64,000 nt of DNA from Selaginella moellendorffii (GCF_000143415.4 NW_003314402.1:11804-75803), one strand, 5' to 3'. Shown: positions 25,351 to 39,011, numbered from the stretch's first letter. The notes: generated from the letters alone by a model not told the origin. Numbers and translations are program-made.

Positions 25351-27519
25351 GCCACATTAATAACAGTAAAAATTCATATATAAGCTATGCTTTAGGAATG
25401 AGTAAACATTTTCCTCCTTCTAAGTGGCAATAGAATCCATGGTTTTGCCTAATATTCTTATTTAATAATGTTTTTACATTTACACATCCAATATGAGTAT
25501 TAAATTTTGTTTCCTACCAAATGTTCAATTTGTGTTATAAGAAAATAATCTCTTGTAATTGAAGATAAGTAAATAAAAAGCAGTTATGTTTCTGTAAACA
25601 ATGTAATACTACTATTTTATTTTCATTATATTATAAAATATTACCATCTTTTTGAGCTATAAGAAAGTAGAAACCATAATGCTCAATAGTATTAGGTGAT
25701 GTTTTAAAGAAATTTTTCTCAGAATAAAGAGAAACTTAACAATTTGATTGTAAAATTAAACCATTCTTTCCATTTGGATTGGTCTGATAAGATTATTTTG
25801 TAAAGAAGCATTTAAAGATTTCAAATTATTACAACTTTTATATGAAGGTATAAATGTATCCAAGAAATGTGTATCAATAATTATAAACACTTCCTAGATA
25901 TATAATCTAGACATAGTTTAAATAACTCTTTAATACCTGTTCTTAATCTATTTTCAGTGATTGTACTTAGAGGATATATGATACGATCAGGAGTAGTCAA
26001 ATATAATCTTCTAAGTTGTAGTTTTCATATAATTTATTGGATATATGGGACTACTCCAGTTTTAATTTGTGATGTAAGAAAATTAAAATTATCAAGATCT
26101 ATCAGCTAAAGAGTTATGTCTAAGTTACTTCTATTGATACTGCATGTTCAATAAAATATACAATAATATTGATTACAAATAATTATTTTACAAATAATAA
26201 ATTTTTATAAACTACATAATCATTTTCTAAAATTTCAATATTTTTTATTTCTTCCAAATTACTGTATTTTTAAATATTATTTTCAAAAGAATATTATTCT
26301 AGAAAAAGTCCAGGTCACATCAAGTGGCTTGCAGCAACATAAGGTTGTGAAGATCTATGTACCAAGTATCACAAATACCAAAGACCATGATGAATACAAT
26401 AGCAATAGCACTTGGTTTGCTTAATAATAGTTTTTACTAATCCAATTGATAAAATAGAAGTTTATAATTATATAATATTTATAATTTATAAACACAAGAT
26501 TAATTTTATTGAATATCAACCATTAGAGAATATACTAAAAAGTGTTAAGGAAATTTTCTAAATTATAAATAGGTTTATAAAATATAAATACAAGAGTAAT
26601 CTAAATGAACAACAACTGTTAGATGATAAAATGTCCTAGAATATTTAAGTATATTCTAAATATATCTACTACTCCCAATATACTATGAAAATTCATTGGA
26701 GATGCTTTTGTTTTTGTGATTGAAAGCCTTTGTCACCAGCTGGTGACATGGAGATCAGAGTACTTGTAAAAGCAGAGGTGCGCTACATCCAAGAGAGGAT
26801 GTAACCAGCAAATCCAAAACTGCCCTTAGAAGTTGACGAACTATCAATCTGGATGAGATCAATCCGGAAGTGTAATTTTAGCAACCCCTTTCCTCTACAA
26901 ATATCCCCGCCCTCGCGGTAATCGTGGAAAGTCGACAAGAGTGGGCTCCCTCCAGGTAACGCGATCAAAGCAAAGAAAAAATCCCCATTCCCATCTCATT
27001 CCATTCCTTTCTCATGCCGACATATCATTTCGATTTTCAATGCAAAGTCGCTGCGTGGCTGTCGATTCATTCTCTCAGGTTTGTTTAATCTCCATGCCGG
27101 GTTGATCGCAAAAAACGACCCCGCCGCCGTCCTTGTTTGACACTTGCTTACACGCACACGAGTCAACACACAAAGGTCCCGTACGCTTTTCTTATCGCTT
27201 TCTTTGGCTTGTTGATTTCCTTCGCTTTGATTTCCTCCCGGTTTTCTTCCCTGTTTGCGTGCTTGTTTTTTTTCTTCCAAAACGGGTGGGTGTGTGGTGT
27301 TTATTACGAGACAGTCAGTCTGATCTCTTTCACATATGGACCCCTGCGCCGCGCGCCTCTATACTCTCCCAAAGTCTCCACAATTTATGGCCGCTTATAA
27401 AAGCTTGCACGACTTCTCTGCCTCCTCGCGCACAACCATCTCTCCTCTCCCCAATTCCTCGCCTGATCGAATGTGATCGCTTCTTGGGCTGTGCTGCGAC
27501 GACCTTCCTGACCCGATCC

Positions 27520-28735
27520 ATGGCAGCAGCGGCGGCAGGGATGAGCGATTTCCAGCTCAACGAGATCCGGGTCACGCCAGCGCCCTCCATCGCTCTCCCC
27601 GCGAATGGCCACCAGATTCATCACCAGGCCTCGCCTCCCGCGGCCTCTAGGGGATGCATTCCAGTCGCCATCGTGCCCAAATCCACGCTCTTCCAGAAGG
27701 TAATGGATCGATTTCCCCCCTCTTCTTCCTCTCTCTCTGTCCCCTGTTTATAGGGTTCTTGGGATGTGTAGATTGGCGCGGAAGTGATCAGCACATTCAT
27801 CCTCGTCTTCGCGGGATGTGGCGCCGCGATGGTGGACGCCAAGTACAAGGATTCGATCACCCACTTGGGCGTCTCGGCGGCGTTTGGGCTCGTGGTGATG
27901 ATCATGGTCTACGCCGTCGGCCACATCTCTGGAGCTCACATGAATCCGGCCGTGACTCTGGCGTTTGCGACCGTGCGCCATTTCCCCTGGAAGCAAGTAA
28001 GCTAGATCTCTCTCCTAGATTCTCAGTGATCGATTGAGTTAGATTTGGATTGATCGTGAATTAGTCGATGGTTTTTCTTTGTGTTCTTCTTTCCCGCGAT
28101 CTTCGTCTCTAACTTTGGAAAATCTCTCCTCTCTCCCAGGTTCCTGCCTACATCGGCGCACAGGTCACTGCCGCGATCACTGCCGCGTTTGCGCTGCGGC
28201 TGATCATCAGCCCCGTGGCTAACATCGGTGCCACAATTCCCGCTGGAAGCGATCTCCAGTCCTTCTATCTGGAAGCGATCATCACCTACATTCTCATGTT
28301 CGTCGTCTCCGCCGTCGCCACCGACACTCGAGCGGTAAGCGCCGACACATCCTCTCTGTAGATCCCGCTCTAATGTCCGCGACGATCGTGTAGATTGGAG
28401 AATTGGCAGGCCTCGCAATCGGTGCTACAGTGGGCTTGAATGCCATCTTCGCCGGGTAAGCCACTCGTTTCCCTTTTGGATCGATCAAACTGGACAAAAT
28501 CCTTCTCGAGCTTTACGACATTTTTCTCCCTCGTTCGTTCAGGCCGATTTCGGGCGCGTCAATGAATCCAGCACGAAGCTTGGGCCCCGCGATCGCCGCG
28601 AACAACTACAGTGGATTGTGGGTTTACATTGTCGGCCCGACAGTCGGCGCGCTGGCGGGTGCGTGTTCTTACAACATGATCCGGTTGCCCGTGAAGCCGG
28701 ACGAGCTCCCCAGGGCCGCTAGCTTCAAGAGATAG
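27520..28735 (+). CDS. NIP: NOD26-like intrinsic protein (NIP aquaporin), 5 exons
   Basis: [40 protein letters not shown]. Four GT-AG introns. C-terminal ASFKR. Confidence 0.95.
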
Positions 28736-30051
28736 AACAAGGCTGTAAAAAGAATAGCAGCTTTTAGGTGACCACCTAAGTGATAACTCAAGTAAAAAAA
28801 TAACTAGTTAGCCGTGTCTCGGTTACACATTTACTCACTAGTTTAACAATTGGAAATTTCATTAACTGTTTACAGGGTCTTGTGGCGCCACCAAGCATGA
28901 GACCGACGGATTATAATAAATTGTTTTAATAATCTTATGAGTTCTTGATTTACTTCATGGTGGCAGCCTCGGGAGTGGACGATTTCCATCGTAGCTCTAA
29001 ATTATTAATTATCTTTTCTTGTTTAACATTTTAAGAAAATGCCAGTGGAGAAGACTTATTGGGAGGACAAAACCTCGCTTTGGTTTGGTGGAGAAGCCTC
29101 TTTTGCAGCGTGCTTAGTGTAAAAATATTTGGTTGGAGTGTTAAAAAAAGAGTTTAGGATTTTAAATTAATTTCATTTAACCCCATTGGAAAACTTATAG
29201 CTTAGTAAGAACATAATAGTCAAGCTCAGGTTCTTGGTCACGCTCAAAGAAACAACGGCATCTTTGCCACTTTAACATGATTAGATTTTGTATGCACTTG
29301 AGCAGCCAAAAACAGCTTGGAGTGGCAGACAGAATCCAGCTTCTTCCATTTTGCAAAAGCAGGCGTTTGCTCCCTGTTGCCTGTGGGGTGATTGGCTCTA
29401 AGATACCCATGCCAACTAGCATGTCCTCGGGTCTAAGCCACAGTTAGAATTGTTTGCCCCTCCCTCCAACTCTAAATCTCCTGATTCATGGTATGAGAGT
29501 GGGCCTGTACCAAATCCACCAAGCCATTGCTCAAAGAGAAGCTTGTTTTGCATGCTGGTCTTTAGGAAGTCAGGTAATTACTTTATGCATTTAATTTTGA
29601 AACTATAATACCATGTTGTTGAACTGATAATTATTTTTATTCACGTTCTCACCTTCAAAGAAATAGCCTAATAACCTTTTGTTAAATCTCATTCTCTTTT
29701 GCCACGTCAAAGCCTATTACCGATTGCCGATTACTTTCCAAAAGTTACTGGTTCTCCACTGTTCCAGTAAATCGAAGTCAAGGAGTAGGCCAGAAAGGAA
29801 GTTGGATGTCTTTAATTCTTCAAGAAACTCTGGACTAAAGTGCGTCACAGAGCTGACCTCCCGGATAAAAGTTTCAACTCTGGGCCCCTACACACTCACA
29901 CACGAGCTCCTTAAGTACGCACGAAAATGGTTTGGTTGCTCGAATCTCACTCATTCTTTCTCTGAAAAGGAAGAATGACCTTTGTAGCTTTCCAGGCTCC
30001 AAAGCTCCCGGGAGTGGCCAACGTTTTGTAGCTCTGCACGGGAAGCAACAA

Positions 30052-32048
30052 ATGGTAAGTTCATCTAGACTGTCCGATCTAAGCAAAACAACCGCAGGAA
30101 TTGGAGAGCAAAGCACAGGCTTACTTGTATGCGCAGAATGGAACTCTGGATTTCAAAGGCCGGCCTGCTCTCAAGAAGAAGACCGGACGATGGCCGGGAG
30201 CCATCCCAATGCTCGGTGAGGGTGCACTGTCTCGTTTTCTGCCAGTTCTAAAAGCTTTTCCTTCCTGTGCCGCAGTGATCCAAGTGTCTGCCACTATCAT
30301 CTTCTTCGGTATAGTTTCCAACCTGGTGACTTACTTGACGACCGTTATGCATCAAGGTGTTGCCAGATCTGCCAGAGATCTCACCAATTGGCAAGGAACT
30401 CTCTTCGTCTCGTCAGTTCTCGGAGCTTTTCTCTCCGACACATATTGGGGGCGCTACAAGACGCTGTTGTACTCGTTTCTTCTCTACTGCGTGGTGAGTA
30501 GTGAGCTTGCCGCAAACTTTCTTCTCTCTGCAAAACAAAAACCATCATCACCATCATCACTTCACACACTTCGAAAGAAAAAAAACTAAACTTCCTGACA
30601 GGGACTGAGCTGCCTTACCATCTCCGCATCCGTCACAAGCTTGAGGCCTCCAAGTTGTCCCGCTCGAAACTACACTTGCCGGCCAGCGTCCACTGCTCAG
30701 AATGCCTTGTTCTTCTTCTCCCTCTACGCCATAGCGTTTGCGGGCGGAAGCTCCACCGCCTCGTTCATGTCCTTTGGAGCCGACCAGTTCGACGAGTCCG
30801 ACGACGTCGAGAGGCCGCAAAAGTACTCCTTCTTCAACTTCCTGCTCTGTGCCGTCCACGTCGGAGGCCTGATATCAGTCACCGTCCTCGTCTACATCGA
30901 GGACAACGTCGGCTTCTCCTGGGGCTTCGGCATTCTCGTCATCGTTCTCTCCATCGCCATGGCCGTCTTTCTCATCCAGACGCCGAGATACCGCTACCGT
31001 CGTCCCGACGGAAGCCCCCTCACAAAGATCGCACAAGTCCTGGTCTCCGCTTTCCGAAAGCGTCGCAACAGAGTCGGAGCTCTCGAGCTGTACGAGGAAA
31101 AGTCCATCGCCAAAGGCAAAAGACACATCCCTCACACCGACGAGTTCCTGTGAGTAGTGCCTGTCATCTTCTTCCGTCCTTTTGCTCCTGTTCTAAAAGC
31201 CGCGGTGTTCGTCGTCCAGGTTCCTTGACAAGGCAGCACTCAAACTCGATGGCGACATGGACATGGAAGTGGAATCCACGACGAAAACCAGCCCCTGGAA
31301 GCTTTCCACCGTGACGCGAGTCGAGGAAGTAAAGCTCGTCATACGAATGCTCCCAGTCTGGTTCGCAACGCTATGGTTTACCACTGCTCCAACCCAGTCC
31401 GCCACCTTCTTCCTCCGCCAAGGAATGGCTATGGACAACCGGCTTGGAAGCACCTCCTTCAAGATCCCGCCAGCGTCAATGCTTCTCTTCAGCAACATCA
31501 CCGTCGTGCTCTTCCTCCCGTTCTACGACCGGATCCTCGTCCCGGCCATGAGAAAGATCTCCAAGAACGAGCGCGGCATCACCTTGCTCCAGCGAACCGG
31601 GCTGGGGATCTTCGTCACCGTGATCGCGCTCGTCACCGCGGCACTGGTGGAGATCAAGAGGAAGGACGAGAACTCCAGCTCCAGGAAGCTAGGAATCTTC
31701 TGGCTGCTGCCACAGTACGCGCTGCTGGGCATGGCGGAGGGCCTGGCCAACACGAGCATGCTGGAGTTCTTCCACGAGCAATCGCCCGATACCTTCCACA
31801 GCCTGGGGATCAGCCTGGGGCTCGCGAACCTGGGCGTGGGGAGCTTCATGAGCAGCGTGCTCATTACCTGCGTCGGCCGCGCGGCGCCGTCGTGGCTCCA
31901 GAACGATGTGAATGCCGGGCATCTGGATCGCTACTACTGGCTGATGGCGGGGCTGAGCGTTGCGAACCTGGCGATCTATGTGCCGCTGGCGCGATGGTAC
32001 TCGTACAAGAGCCCGGATCCCTACGCCGAGACAACGCAAGAACCCTAA
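30052..32048 (+). CDS. NPF/NRT1-PTR transporter, NPF7 (NRT1.5/1.8)-like
   Basis: ATG-only first coding exon. GAFLSDTYWGRY, FGADQFDE, GSPLTKIAQV, VEEVKLVIRMLP, WLLPQY, HLDRYYWL. QVSATIIFFG in TM1. Confidence 0.93.
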
Positions 32049-32598
32049 ATGTGATATTCAGAAAAATATTCTCTTTCAAATTCCAAAAACATGTATTATT
32101 ATCGTTTCAAGAAGTTGCAAATCGAGTATCAAGCTACTTCAAGCTCTTGTGTGACTTTATACCTAGAAACAAATACTTATCGGATTCCTGACGAGGTTGT
32201 AGCAATAGTCGTTCAAAAGTCCTTGTTGGAAAAGTCTTTTTTTGACTGAAACTAATTAACTTTGACAATCTTGTGATTAAGCCAGAGACAATAGCAACTT
32301 CACTAAAGCAAGTGGGGTGGAGGTCGAGACTTAATCATTTCCTTATGCCACTGGAATAGCTCGGCTCCCTTGATCCAGATGCTTGAGTCTGTGAATGCCA
32401 CCATAAGCTCTCGGAGGAAAGTGTGTCGTCCCTCTTGGTTGGCTGGGAGGAACAAAACTTTGTCTTTTATATTTATATTACACGGAAGTCCAGAAGCCTT
32501 ACCCAATGAATTCGACTTTCACGAGTTTGCATATAAAGAAAAGCTATCCATTTAAAGTTATTTTCGGATATTTTAAGCCATCTGTGTAGCATTACCTC

Positions 32599-33878
32599 TC
32601 ACAATGTCAAGTGGAGTGGAATCCCAGGTGTTGGCTCCACGACTTGTGTTCTTGGTGCAACTTCTTTTAAAGATGTCTGAAACAAATGAAATTCATTTCT
32701 CTGTTTTAAAAGTATGCTGTTACCTTGAAGCTCTCTACAGTCCCCACTTCAACCAGCAGCTTTGCAAGGATTCCTTTGGCATCTAAATCGCCATTGTTCA
32801 TAGGTACAACATATCTGGAGGATATCCAAAATCCAGAGACAGATGAGAACCAGAATAAAAAATATATCAGTTACCTTGGCTGTAAAGTCTTAGCAAGCTC
32901 CACTGCGTCCTCTTGGCCTGACACAAGTGTAAACAATGGAAGCTTTTGTTGGATCACAGGCGTAATCACCACATCAGCTGTTTTGCCTTGGAGCAATTTC
33001 CGATCAAAAACACAGTGAGGCTCAATGTAAATTCGGGCATTTGGATCAGACGTCTCAACAAAGTAGCTGTAAAAATAAAATGAGAAATGAAAGAAGTATA
33101 GAAAAAATGTTTTAACCCGTTTTCTGGTCGTTGCCATGGAGGTCCAAGAACAGGTCCTGCGGAAGCTGTTACTTTTAAACTTGACTTGCTTGAGGCCCTG
33201 AAACTTGTCTCTTGGCCTGGTTCTATGTAAGTGACCTTGAAAAACAAATCGTAGAAAAAACTAAGAAAAGAAAGATGAGTTACTTGTTTGAAGATCTTGC
33301 TAAGAATTGGCTCAGCATTTGGAGTTGCAATGACTTGAAGTTGTGGATAAATCTTTGAGAGAGGCTCTAGAGTTCTTTTGTGGCAATGATCATCCAAACT
33401 TTGGGTGATAAGTAGACAATCCACATCTCCAAGTTCGTCAAGCTACAGATCTTGAATACATTATACGGTTTTTAAAAAGTTGAGCTCAGATACCTTGAGT
33501 TTGTGGAGGTTTTTCTTTGCACCATCATATAGAAAAGGAACTCCAAAGTCTAGATTTCCAACAAGGACTGGATCAACCAAAATAGAGACCCCCGACACTC
33601 TCCACAGCCAGCTATTTCCCTAAAATCATGGAAAAAAACACTTGCTTTCAATCCAAAGTGCTGAGCATTCAAAAGAAATACCTCCAGATAAGTTAATTCC
33701 AGCTCCAAGGTTCTAGTTGCTTGTGCCGTGCTCGTGCACTGGACTCGATTTCTTGCTCTGAAAGAAAAAATCGATAAATTGGATTGAAGTGCAAGGATTT
33801 TAAGTACCTGGGTGTAGAACAATTGCAAAAGGTACTGCCAATCTTTGCTGGTGTCGGCAATGTCGAGGCTAACTCCAT
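32599..33878 (-). CDS. Metallo-beta-lactamase-fold protein, probably plastid-targeted, multi-exon
   Basis: LTYLE/GNSW, ILVDPVLVGNLDFG, CLLITQSLDDHCH, GPVLGPPWQRPENG, YIEPH. Confidence 0.85.
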
Positions 33879-34327
33879 AGCCTTGCGATGAAGAAAATAG
33901 ACACGTATACAAAAAAAAGTGCAGATGTTAGCAGAAAATCTAGCTTGGAGTTAAAGATGAAGTCTGACCAACAGTTTAACAATGTGAAGTAAGCTCCTTG
34001 TCGCATTCTATTTTTTAAAGCGACCTTTGGTACCTCCACATACCTTATCCAACTTCACTTCACTGTGGTCTTCTTCTAGTTTGTTGACTTCCTTATTTCG
34101 CTTGAAAAGGAGCATTTCGCATGGTTCTAAGAAACCCATTCCTCCAAGGACAACGTCAGCTGCATGCCTCCCCATCACGCCAAGACGCTGTTCCATCGCG
34201 AAAATTTAATATCTTCACCACCTTTCAGCCGAGAGCCATCCACCATTTTTCCTGTGTTGATCCCTTTCCCCTTCCAGTCGGCTGCTAAATTCCCATCCCC
34301 GGATATCTTTCTTTCCCGCCTTTCTCC

Positions 34328-35762
34328 ATGGAATCCCAGCTCCTCCCAGTGGCCATCCAGAGCTGCAGCTTGGCACTCCCCGCCGGGCCAACTCCGCGGG
34401 CCAAGATCTTCCTCCCAAACATCGATCTCACTGTTGTTTTCATGGTCGACTCCATCTACTTCTACTCGTCCGGTGCTGCCGACGCTCCCAAGGTCCTCTT
34501 CCGGGCCCTTCAGGAGGTCATGGTGGAGTTCTATCCGTTTGCTGGAAGGCTGGCCGTCAGCGAGGAAACTCAGCGCCTGGAGATCGACGCCAATTCAGCT
34601 GGCGTGCCGTTTGTCGAAGCTGTCTCCGATCTCAACATCGCCGACCTGGGCGATCTCACGCTTCCAAATGCGTTGTATCGCAACCTGGTGTTCACTGCGA
34701 CGAACGTGAAGGTTCTCTCGGATTGGCCTCTCGCCACTGTCCAGGTTCGTGTTGAAGCTTTCCTGAAGAGTTTACATAAGCACCAGAGCGAGAAAAGTAA
34801 AAAGAAATCAGTAAGAACCTGTTTTGTAGGTGACGAAGTTTCTCTGCGGTGGATTCTCGTTCGGCCTGTCGGTGAACCACGCGCTCGCGGACGGCATCAG
34901 CATCATCGACTTCATGCAGCACCTCACTTCCAAAGCTCGCGGCGTTGAAAACTTCCAGCTTCCAGAGCTTCAGTTCGATCGGACTATGCTCGCAGCTCGC
35001 CCGCAACCAACCCCCAAGATCGACTTCGCCGACGTCTACTACAAGGCGAGTGAGATCCCCAGCACGAACTCCTTCTCCACGATGGAAGACATGGTCGTCA
35101 GCACCAATCTGGCCTCCGGTAACTACGTGGTTACGGACTTGGTTTCGAGAGCCATCAACATCCCGGCGAGCAAGGTCGAGTATCTGAAGAAGTTGGCCAT
35201 GTCCGACGGAACCATCACCCGGTGCTCGACTTTCGACGTCGTCGCCACCTACGTCTGGAAGCTGCGAACTGCTGCGATGGGGATGCCGCTGGAGCACCAG
35301 GCCACCATGTTCATGGCTGTCGACGTGAGCAAGAAAGTAACACCGCCAATCCCCCGAGGCTTCGTCGGCAACCGGGCCTTTCCAGTCGCCGTGAGGATGA
35401 AAACCGAGGAGCTGCTCAAAAAACCACTGTCCCACTGCCTGACAGTCGTCCGTGAGGCCTTACTTCGAGCAGACGATGAATTCGTACGCTCGTGGATCGA
35501 CTGGAGCGAGATCCACCGAGGCATTCCCAAGTTCAACGGTGGCTTCTACATCTCGTCGTGGTGGAAGTTCCCGTTTTATGAGATGGACTTTGGATGGGGG
35601 AAGCCGATCTACATGGGCCCCGTGCTCACACAGCGAGTTGAGTTTGTGCTCATTCTACCCGTGTCACCGTCCAGGCCCGAAGGCGGGGTTGACGTGCTGC
35701 TCACCATCAATCCGCAACACATGGCCAGGTTCGAAACGCTCGTTAACTTTCCCATCCTGTAA
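34328..35762 (+). CDS. BAHD acyltransferase
   Basis: FYPFAGRL, HALADG (HxxxD), DFGWG. Single intron after the conserved Q (TVQ/VTKF). Confidence 0.95.
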
Positions 35763-35922
35763 CTACTTTGTGAAATTTTACTTTGAAAGTTAATGAAATA
35801 CCTCTAGAGTGTTCGTGTATGTAAAAGAATCAGATCTTTCAAAACTCGCTCCAGCAACAATGAGAAATTGTTTTTCAGTGACGACGGACTTCAACTAGGC
35901 AAAACTTACGCTGAGTGTTCAA

Positions 35923-37422
35923 TCAGACCGCATTCCTTAGGTTATAAGCGTCTGACGCCCCTGCGTACGGGTCAGGGCGACGCGGGCGCAGAGCCTGGGA
36001 GGGAGCGATTGGAGCTGGAGGTGGAGCTGCAGCAGGAGATGCCATTTTTAAGTACACAGCCAAAACAGATAAACTTACCATCGAGGAAACCAGCTGGAGC
36101 AAGGGTCTTAAAGCAATACAAGCGGTACTCGTACCCAAGAGCAGCCAGCTCGTTCTTGAGCCTTCTGGTCATGAGGAAAAAAGCAGGACCAATGCCACGA
36201 GAGCGCGTCACCTAAACACACACACACACACACAAGCAAATTAGCCCGAGCACCAGAGATACTCATCACCAACCTGGGATTTCTTGCCAGCAATAACGAA
36301 CGCTTCCACTGGCCCGATTTGCCGAACGGCTTCTCGATAGGCGTGGCGAGCCTCTTGCATTAGTTTGTCGTGGTCGCGCAGCAACTCATCTGAAGAGACA
36401 TAGACGAAGAGATCCACGCGCCAAATCTTCCATGGCCAACTATAGTTCGTGAGTACATAGTTAGCAGCCATCTGCAGGATAATCGCTGGGCGCTGTTCTC
36501 CCATGATGCCAACGAGTGAATGTGGGTGATCGTCGCAAGGAAATACCAGGATTCTTTTACCAGTGATGATCAGCGGGCAAGGAAGTCCTGGTGTCGAACA
36601 AGACGTTTCGAGAAAAAATCGTGAGCGGAAATATGCGTTACCTATCTTGATCAAAACATACTGGATCAACTGGAAAACCGGGCCGAAAATCCACTCCACA
36701 GCAGACACTAGAGCAGCAAAGCAAAGAAAGTCGAGCATGATCCGGTAAAGAGAAGCGCTTACCGATTTCAAAGGCTACATAGAAAACGATGATGAGGATC
36801 AAAGGCCACACCGAAACGCTCCGGGTGAAGGCAAAGACTAGAAAAATTCACGATCGATGAGAGAGCGAGGAATCTGAGGATACATACCAAGACCGATTGC
36901 CCATCGCCATAGAACCCTGAGATTCAACTCACTTCCTGAGGTCGTCCTCGCGTAACATGCGATCGGGGAGAAGCACGCCATCGCCAGCGCCTGGATCGAG
37001 GTTGCCGCCATCGCGATGGTCGGCGCCCATGCGGAAATCTTGGTGGAAGACGCCGCCGAATCGTAGAGAAAGGGCACGAGATTGTGGCACGCCGTCGCCG
37101 CTATGGCCGCGAGGGAGAGGATCTTGGAGACGCACGCCATCGCCACCGCCTGGATCGACGCCATCGCGATGCTCGTCGACGGCGCCAATGCCGAAATATT
37201 GGTGAAGGACGCCGCCAAACCACAGAGAAAGGGCACGAGATTGTGGCACGCCGTCGCCGCCATGGCCCCGAGGGAGACGATCTTGGAGACGAACGCCATC
37301 GCCAACGCCTGGATCGACGCCCTCGTCGACGGCGCCAATGCGGCGAATAGCAAGGGGACGAGATTGTAGCAGACCTTCACCGCCGTCATAGCCATTTTGC
37401 AGAGCTCGAAGAAGATCGCCAT
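35923..37422 (-). CDS. Orphan gene A: hydrophobic repeats plus an alpha/beta domain of unknown function
   Basis: Multi-exon with approximate boundaries. Homologous to 37677-39011 (GLPCP.IITGK.ILV, EQRPA, DLF.YV.SD, LGY..LYCFK). 159-bp internal repeat. Confidence 0.55.
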
Positions 37423-37676
37423 CGCCAGATGAGCGCCGTAAGGCGATCGCGACACCAAGGTAAGGGCAAAAAATGGCGGGCTATTTAAAATGCTCTTGTG
37501 TATTGGCAAATTAACAACGGTAAATCTTGACCGTGTTCTTTACCTCGAGAGGAACCATTGTAAGAAATCGATCTTTTGCAGCTCGCACGAGGGAACGACA
37601 AATCGCGAAAAAAAATTCAGTGGCACGGAATTCACATAAGCGAAGTACGCAAAACTTACGCTGTTCGATTGTTCTC

Positions 37677-39011
37677 TTACCAGCGATTCGCTCGGTGAGG
37701 CGGAATGTAGACCCCTGGAGCTGGACCTGCTGGAGCTGGAGCTGGAAGAGCTTGAGCATCTGGAGCTTCTGGAGCTGGAGCTTGTGCTGCTGGAACTTCT
37801 GGAGCTGGAGCATGTGGAGCTGGAGCGTCCGGAGCCTCTGGAACTGGAGCTTGTGCTGCTGGAGCGTCTGGAGCTGGAGCGTCTGGAGCTAGAGCTGCTT
37901 AAGATGACAAATAACAAATGTAAGCTAAAGTAGCCACTCTCGACGCACGTACCATTGATGAAGCCCGGTGGAGAGCGGTCTTTGAAGCAATATAGTCGGT
38001 ACCCGAGATTATCGAGCTGCCTCTTGAGTCTGCGAGGTAAGAGAAGGCAAGCAGGACCAAGACCAAGACCAACATAGCGCCTCATCTGGAAAACCGCATG
38101 GAAGGCGATGAGTTCAAGTAACAAATCTATATGACTGACCTCTTTTTCCTTCCCGACGACAACAAACGCGTCCACAGGCTTGAAATCCTTTGCAGCTAAG
38201 TAGGCCGCCCGAGTCTGTTGCGTAAGTGTGTCGTGGTCGTGCAGCACCACATCGGAGGCAACGTAGAGGAAGAGATCGATGTGGGAGGGGGTCGAGTCTC
38301 TCGTAATGGGCCTGAGCTGATATCGATCATCCAGTTTGATAGTCATCGCTGGCCGCTGCTCGTTGAGAATATAAATGAGATCGCGTTGAGCTCCTTCGGC
38401 CATGTACACCAGGATGGTCTTCCCAGTGATGATAAACGGACAAGGAAGTCCTAAGGTTGAAGAGAACATGGAACGTCGAATTGGAAAGAAAGCTTAGATT
38501 TACCTGTCTTGATCGAGACATGCTGGATTATCCTAAAGAGCGGGTCGATCATCCAATTCACGCCAGGAACTAAACACAAAAAAGAAAGAGCCTGATCATT
38601 CTGGCAAGAAAGAAAGCTGGTATTACCGGCATGGAGGAGGAAGACCATGGATGGGCTGGAGAAAGCCGCTGGAAAGAATGTGCATGATCGATCAAAGGAC
38701 GAAATATTTCGGCATCAAGGAAGAATTCGAGAATACGTACCAAGAACTGCCGTAGAAACCCTCTCCATGAGAATCAAGAGCACGGCGGAGATGAAATATA
38801 CAATCCTCCAGATCAAGAATTCCCGGAAGGAAACCTTGGAAATCTTCGTGTAGAGGGAGATCGCCACGGGACAGAGAACGCCGAGTACGGGCAGGCCACA
38901 CGCCATCGCCGCCAAGTCGCCGACCTGGAAGAGCGCCACGATCGTAGAGCTGATGCTGAAGAGCGCGATCCCTAATGCCGCCAACGCGCCGAGCTTGGAG
39001 AAGAGCGCCAT
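37677..39011 (-). CDS. Orphan gene B, tandem paralog of A, with Ala/Pro-rich tail
   Basis: Same core domain as A. The last exon reads APDAPAPDAPAAQAP...GVYIPPHRANRW*. Upstream sequence is shared with A (TAAGGGCAAAA..ATGGCGGGCT at 37461 and 39040). Confidence 0.55.

Noticed and set aside
25065-25383. ORFs spanning the N run
   Set aside because: Artefacts of the assembly gap.
27520-35762. NIP-NPF-MBL-BAHD as a biosynthetic gene cluster
   Set aside because: There is only one tailoring enzyme and no scaffold-forming enzyme. Adjacency is expected in a gene-dense genome.
37511-37892. Poly-Ser, Gln/Leu and Trp/Ser ORFs
   Set aside because: Alternative readings of one GCTCCA repeat. The Ala-Pro frame fits the splice pattern and the paralog better.
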